64,000 bases of DNA from an uncultured Gammaproteobacteria bacterium (lineage in GTDB: Bacteria; Patescibacteriota; Patescibacteriia; Patescibacteriales; UBA12465), in NCBI GenBank assembly GCA_964616855.1, contig CAZTUJ010000003.1:4963-68962 (forward strand). The letters run 5' to 3'. A model generated the notes under the pieces. That model saw nothing but the letters and a program-made list of their open reading frames with translations. It was not told where the DNA came from and searched no databases. The translations under genes and the position numbers were made by a program. Below, piece by piece: positions 59,804-64,000 of this stretch. Each line of letters starts with the position of its first letter. Positions within the stretch are counted from its first letter, which is position 1.

Positions 59804-60079
59804 TTAGTTTAAGCCGGGGAAGCCGCCCATGTCTTGGAGTTTCTTAGCCATCAGGCGCTGAGCACGTTTAATAGCTTCGTTAAAACAACTTTTTACTGCG
59901 CTGGTTTGAGCCTCAGTTCCTAATTCTGGGTTTAAAGTCAATTCAGTAATTTCCATATTGCCATTAATTGTCAGTTTGACCCCATTTTTTTCTTCGGTCA
60001 CGCTTTCCTGGGCTAGAGCGCTCTGCATGGTTTTTGCTTGGCTGCGTAAATCTTTGAATTGTTTTAATTTGTTGAACAT
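59804..60079 (-). CDS. ybaB: Nucleoid-associated protein YbaB/EbfC
   Basis: 91 aa in the conserved ybaB-recR pairing, with C-terminal LQDMGGFPGL. Confidence 0.85.
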   Translation of the reverse strand: MFNKLKQFKDLRSQAKTMQSALAQESVTEEKNGVKLTINGNMEITELTLNPELGTEAQTSAVKSCFNEAIKRAQRLMAKKLQDMGGFPGLN

Positions 60080-60099
60080 ATTATTTGTTTAGTTATTTA

Positions 60100-61485
60100 T
60101 TATTCTTGATTATTATTTTGACGACTGAGGTTGCGGAAGCTGGCGGTGTTTTCGTCAAAGAAGAGATCGATTTTGCCGGTGGGCCCATTGCGATGTTTGG
60201 CGATGTGAACTTCAGCTTTATATCTTTCATCCATGGGGAGGTCATTAGGGTTGTAACTACGGTCAGCGGCTTTACGGTAGATAAACATTACCACGTCAGC
60301 GTCTTGTTCGATGGAGCCGGAGTCGCGGAGATGAGATAATTTCGGAATAGCGGGACTAGTTTGTTCGACAGCGCGAGATAACTGCGCTAAAGCTAAAACT
60401 GGAATATTTAGTTCGCGAGCAATACCTTTAAGACCGCGGCTGATTTCACCAATTTCTTGAACGCGGTTATCATTATAGCGGCCGCGGCCTTCCATTAACT
60501 GTAAATAATCAATGACAATCAAGCCCAAGCCTTTTTCCATTTGCAGACGGCGACATTTAGCTCGAATTTCCATTACTGACAGAGTGCTGGAATCATCAAT
60601 ATAAATTGGTGCTTCCGCTAGTTCGCCCATGGCTTTGCCGATTTTAGTAAAATCATTGTCTTCCTCTTTATCGGAGAGATTGCCGGTGCGCATTTTCCAC
60701 AGATTAACATTGGCTTGAGCGCAGAGCATGCGGTCGACTAATTGTTCTTTACCCATTTCTAAAGAAAAGATACCAACCCCGGCTTTGTTGCGGATAGCGG
60801 CCTGGCGGGCAATGTCGAGAGCGAGTGAAGTTTTGCCGACGCTAGGGCGGGCGGCTAAAATAACTAAGTCAGATTTCTGGAGACCAGCCAGCAGGGCATC
60901 TAAATCGGTGAAACCGGTACTGAGACCGCGGAGCTTGCCACCGTGCCTATGGAGTTCATCAATGCGCTCGAAGGCTTCGGTCAGAAGACTGTCAATCGGT
61001 AAAAAAGCATTTTTTAAATATTTGCGGGAAACGCCGAAGACTCTTTTTTCAGTCTCATCTAAAATTTCATCAATATCGCGGTCTTCTTCAAAGCTGGCGT
61101 TGGTAATTTCTGAAGCTGCTTGTTGGAGGCGTCTGAGGGTGGCTTTTTTTTGAATGATGTTGGCATACTGGCTGATATTGCCAGCGGTAGCGACGGTATT
61201 GGATAGTTTAGCTAAGTAGGTGCGACCGCCGATATCGGCTAGTTGTTTGCGGTCTTCTAGTTTATTAGCCAGAGTAATAATGTCAATCGGTTCTTGGCTG
61301 TTATAGAGTTCTTGGATAGATTCGTAGATCTTTTGGTTGGCTTGGCGATAAAAATCTTGGGGCAGAATCATGTCTACCACCTTAATAATGGCGTCCTTAT
61401 CAATTAAAAGACAGCCCAGGAGGGATTCCTCGGCTTCCAGACTGTGCGGGGGTATTTTTTCAAGTAAATTTTTATCTCCAGCCAT
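60100..61485 (-). CDS. dnaB: Replicative DNA helicase DnaB
   Basis: PPHSLEAEESLLGCLL N-terminus, Walker A ARPSVGKTS, and IVIDYLQLM. Confidence 0.96.
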   Translation of the reverse strand: MAGDKNLLEKIPPHSLEAEESLLGCLLIDKDAIIKVVDMILPQDFYRQANQKIYESIQELYNSQEPIDIITLANKLEDRKQLADIGGRTYLAKLSNTVATAGNISQYANIIQKKATLRRLQQAASEITNASFEEDRDIDEILDETEKRVFGVSRKYLKNAFLPIDSLLTEAFERIDELHRHGGKLRGLSTGFTDLDALLAGLQKSDLVILAARPSVGKTSLALDIARQAAIRNKAGVGIFSLEMGKEQLVDRMLCAQANVNLWKMRTGNLSDKEEDNDFTKIGKAMGELAEAPIYIDDSSTLSVMEIRAKCRRLQMEKGLGLIVIDYLQLMEGRGRYNDNRVQEIGEISRGLKGIARELNIPVLALAQLSRAVEQTSPAIPKLSHLRDSGSIEQDADVVMFIYRKAADRSYNPNDLPMDERYKAEVHIAKHRNGPTGKIDLFFDENTASFRNLSRQNNNQE

Positions 61486-61611
61486 AAGATTGAGAGTTTT
61501 TTGTCTCTATATCTTATCTTATTATCACGCCTTTTTCAAGCTGCTGTTATTAACTTTTTATGCACGTTTTATACCCTTGATTTGACAACTAAGTAGGGAT
61601 ATTTTAAAGTA

Positions 61612-62082
61612 TTGTCAACTAAAGCCGGAGGAAATATGAGTACTAGTAATAGTTTTTTAAAAAGTGTTGGCCTGGGAGAAATTGATTTATCTCTGGTCGA
61701 ACCTATTTTTGATGAGGTTGAGATGCCGGAAACAGCTGAGCCTGTAGGCTATCTCAACAGCGAAGAAAAGGCGATTTTTTTAGCCGCTTGTTTTTGTTCA
61801 GAGCGGGTTATTGAACTCGACGAAATCGTGGGCGAAATTCCCGACCCCTTATCCCCAGCTGATCAAAAGCTGTTTGATGAAAGTTGCCAGTGGGCATCTC
61901 TAAGGGATTTGTGCATACTTATGGTCAATTGGTTGGTGCGCGAACGCCTAAAGATTGGCTATAAATTTTTTTCTTCCGTTCGTGAAGATTTCTTAGTCTT
62001 TCAGTTTCCCTTAACGCCAGCAGAAGAAAGTATCTGTGCTGGTTGCCCCTATCACGTTTCATCATCTACGTTCCTAAACTAG
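61612..62082 (+). CDS. Hypothetical protein
   Basis: ORF of 148-156 aa (start at 61612 or ATG at 61636) with no recognised motif. TTGACA-17-TAAAGT lies upstream. Confidence 0.5.
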   Translation: MSTKAGGNMSTSNSFLKSVGLGEIDLSLVEPIFDEVEMPETAEPVGYLNSEEKAIFLAACFCSERVIELDEIVGEIPDPLSPADQKLFDESCQWASLRDLCILMVNWLVRERLKIGYKFFSSVREDFLVFQFPLTPAEESICAGCPYHVSSSTFLN

Positions 62083-62101
62083 ACCTAAAGGTCTTTGAAA
62101 T

Positions 62102-62130
62102 AAAAAAGCCCCAGTAAACGGGGCTTTTTT
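62102..62130. terminator. Bidirectional terminator
   Basis: AAAAAAGCCCC agtaaac GGGGCTTTTTT. Confidence 0.8.
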
Positions 62131-62133
62131 CTT

Positions 62134-62210
62134 TGGAGCCGCCTGTCGGATTCGAACCCACGACCTGCTGTTTACAAAACAGCTGCTCTAACCAACTGAG
62201 CTAAGGCGGC
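62134..62210 (-). tRNA. tRNA-Thr (anticodon UGU), CCA encoded
   Basis: The reverse complement folds as follows. Acceptor GCCGCCT/AGGCGGC; D arm GCTC/GAGC; anticodon stem GCTGT/ACAGC with loop TTTGTAA; T arm GTGGG-TTCGAAT-CCGAC with one G51-G63 mismatch; then U73 and CCA. Confidence 0.85.
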
Positions 62211-62287
62211 ACTGCTTTGATGTTATCTGATTTTTATTATCTTGGCAAGAATTTGTTAAGTGCCTATAAATAGGGTATATTAAAAGT

Positions 62288-63160
62288 ATGCGTATTGATT
62301 TGCAATTACATTCACGTTATTCTGATGGTTATTACACGCCCGCTCAGCTGGTACGTTTTTTAGTGCGTCACGGCATCAAAGCCGCTTCTTTAACCGATCA
62401 TAACACCGTCGCTGGGCAAATTGAGTTTAAAAAAGCCTGTGCTCAATATCAGATTAAAGCGGTTACCGGTTTAGAATTATATGTTCGCTATAAACGCCGC
62501 ACTTTTAATGTCCTTTGGTATAACTATAATCCAGCTGCTCCGGAATTGATAAAAATGTTGGAGTCAACTTGGGTGCGTCGCCGCCGTTTTGCTGAGAAAG
62601 TGGCTAGTCGCTTGCGTCGCCTCGGGATTAAATTTAATTTAGAAAGATTTATTGCAGAACATCCGGGTTATTTGCCCGCTAATCATTTAGCTGATCTTAT
62701 TTGGCAGAAATCAGCTAATCGCCGTTTAATTAAAGAGGCTTTAAAGCTGGAAATTATTAGGGAAGAAGATATTATGCGCTATTGCCTCTTTCCTAAAGTC
62801 GGCGCCCGTTTGCAAGATGCTCATGTTAGTTTTACCCGGGTCTTAAAATTAAGGAAGCAGATTGGTGGACAGTTGATTTTTTGTCACCCAGGATTGAATA
62901 ACAAGTTGAGAGGGACCTTATTCGAGGAGCTTTTAAAGGCTGGCTTAGACGGCGTGGAATTATTATCTCCACATCATGGTCATAATACTATCATGCATCT
63001 CAACACCATTATTAAGCGTCGTCGTTTAATTGCCAGCGGTGGTTCGGATTTTCATAAGCCCGGCGATGAGGGTGTTCGTCCTCGCTATTCCTGGGATTGG
63101 TTTGTGATTAAGAGTGAAGATTTGCCCGGGGTGAGTAAGATTTTGGACAATAAAAAGTAA
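62288..63160 (+). CDS. PHP-domain metal-dependent phosphoesterase
   Basis: MRIDLQLHSRYSDG...SLTDHNTVAG...GGSDFH. Confidence 0.8.
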   Translation: MRIDLQLHSRYSDGYYTPAQLVRFLVRHGIKAASLTDHNTVAGQIEFKKACAQYQIKAVTGLELYVRYKRRTFNVLWYNYNPAAPELIKMLESTWVRRRRFAEKVASRLRRLGIKFNLERFIAEHPGYLPANHLADLIWQKSANRRLIKEALKLEIIREEDIMRYCLFPKVGARLQDAHVSFTRVLKLRKQIGGQLIFCHPGLNNKLRGTLFEELLKAGLDGVELLSPHHGHNTIMHLNTIIKRRRLIASGGSDFHKPGDEGVRPRYSWDWFVIKSEDLPGVSKILDNKK

Positions 63161-63177
63161 ATTTTTGTAGAAAAGAA

Positions 63178-63217
63178 TAACAGCCGCCTTCGGTAATCGA
63201 GGGCGGCTGTTTTTTTG
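63178..63217. terminator. Bidirectional terminator
   Basis: AACAGCCGCC ...tcggtaatcga.. GGCGGCTGTTTTTTT. Confidence 0.8.
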
Positions 63218-63230
63218 GGGCTTAATTGTT

Positions 63231-63905
63231 TTAAGAAACAAAGATCAGCTGACGAATTTTTTCGTATAGCAACTGTTTGTCGGCGGGTACGATTTTGAAT
63301 AGTTTTAGAATGTCTTTGCACTCTGCTAGGACTTCCTGGCTTTTGCCGGGATTAGTTTTTTCAGCCAAACTGGCGGCAATTAAGGCTTCAACATGAGCGG
63401 CAAGAAGATCTTTGATTTCTTCTTCGTTGAGACTTTCACTAAGCTCTGCCGCCTTGAGGGCAAAATCAATATTTCCTTTGGCAATGGCAAGTTCTTTTGC
63501 CCGTAAGGCCCATTCAATGGTTAATTCAGGCATCTCCTTTTTGAGATAGGGAATGGCGGCGCAGATTTGTTGTTCTGAATTTTTTTCGCCCTCCTCAACG
63601 TGAAAAATCGTAATATCTGCTAACACCCTTGTGTTTATCTTGCTTTTAAAAGCCTCGTTGAAGGCGATGAGACTAATAGCGTCGTGGCCTCCTTCGAGCC
63701 AGCGGATGAATCCGGTTTGAGCTTTTTTATCGTCGCTTTTTACCAGGTCTTGTTTGATTTTTTCCAGAGGAATTTTTTCATGAGTGTTACGCCATTCATG
63801 GTCGCTGAAGACGCGGTTTTCCAGTTCGTTGGCAGCTTGCAGGGCGCCGAGTAGGTCTCCTCTTACGAGGCAGAGGCGGATAATTGCGTTGGTTAAATCT
63901 TTCAT
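63231..63905 (-). CDS. Hypothetical helical protein (224 aa)
   Basis: Long ORF that looks alpha-helical, with no recognised motif. Confidence 0.5.
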   Translation of the reverse strand: MKDLTNAIIRLCLVRGDLLGALQAANELENRVFSDHEWRNTHEKIPLEKIKQDLVKSDDKKAQTGFIRWLEGGHDAISLIAFNEAFKSKINTRVLADITIFHVEEGEKNSEQQICAAIPYLKKEMPELTIEWALRAKELAIAKGNIDFALKAAELSESLNEEEIKDLLAAHVEALIAASLAEKTNPGKSQEVLAECKDILKLFKIVPADKQLLYEKIRQLIFVS

Positions 63906-64000
63906 GATTATAAATTTAGGGTTAAGGTGATTTCTCTACGGTTGTCTTAGCTTAGAAAAGCGGAGGGAGATCACCTCAAACCTTGGTTTTGAAAGAACGT

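Noticed and set aside
60728-61153. 141-aa plus-strand ORF inside dnaB. The ORFs at 60085-60339 and 61370-61585 are similar cases.
   Set aside because: They are antisense shadows of dnaB with an Arg/Ser-rich composition.
61486-61611. Possible DnaA boxes upstream of dnaB (TTATGCACG, TTATCACGC)
   Set aside because: Each has 2 or more mismatches to TTATCCACA, and there is no clustering, so this is not evidence for an origin.
63906-64000. GGTGAT...GATCACCTC imperfect inverted repeat, with GATCACCTC reminiscent of the 16S rRNA 3' end
   Set aside because: It is only a 9-nt resemblance with no surrounding rRNA sequence. It is probably a 5'-UTR or terminator-like hairpin truncated by the window edge.

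Overview
This is a low-GC, very tightly packed, standard-code (TGA = stop) bacterial chromosome segment with no rRNA, CRISPR array or recognisable mobile element. Small truncated housekeeping proteins, many domain fusions, large polytopic membrane proteins and near-absence of Shine-Dalgarno sequences suggest a small-genome Patescibacteria/CPR-type organism; that assignment is inference only. All calls come from reading the ORF translations for family motifs and reading the DNA for hairpins and promoter hexamers, with no searches run. Left to right, the window holds: a PBP5 fragment, ftsEX and tRNA-Gln; membrane and accessory genes (DUF2177-like, DUF1295-like, HIT, U32 peptidase, CapA); and an OmpR/histidine-kinase operon translationally coupled to an isoprenoid-synthase-like ORF. 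Next come PBP2 and a CIRCE-controlled heat-shock operon (hrcA, a DUF1653-Nudix-GrpE fusion, hsp20, dnaK, dnaJ), then tatD. A 12-13 gene F-type ATP synthase operon follows, then uppP, CIRCE-groES-groEL, mltG, a divergent pair of large membrane proteins and miaB/miaA. The right part holds gatB, a minus-strand deoxypyrimidine operon (dCMP deaminase, long ThyX, NMP-kinase-like, Tmk-Dut fusion), a glycan cluster (three GT2 genes plus galU), murA, rplU, dnaB-ybaB-recR, tRNA-Thr and a PHP phosphoesterase. The strongest candidate for something undescribed is the ATP synthase operon. It encodes two complete and mutually divergent Fo membrane modules (a1-c1-b1 and a2-c2-b2) in front of a single delta-alpha-gamma-beta-epsilon set. 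Subunit c1 carries a Na+-type ion site (E...ESTxxY) and c2 an H+-type site. The alpha subunit has a duplicated N-terminal segment, and a beta-carbonic-anhydrase-like ORF trails the operon. Other second-look items are the Nudix-GrpE fusion, the Tmk-Dut fusion within a dTTP operon, two orphan genes with atypical codon usage (one behind a long structured leader), and four unannotated small-ORF units. Hairpin and promoter coordinates are hand-counted and may be off by 1-3 nt.
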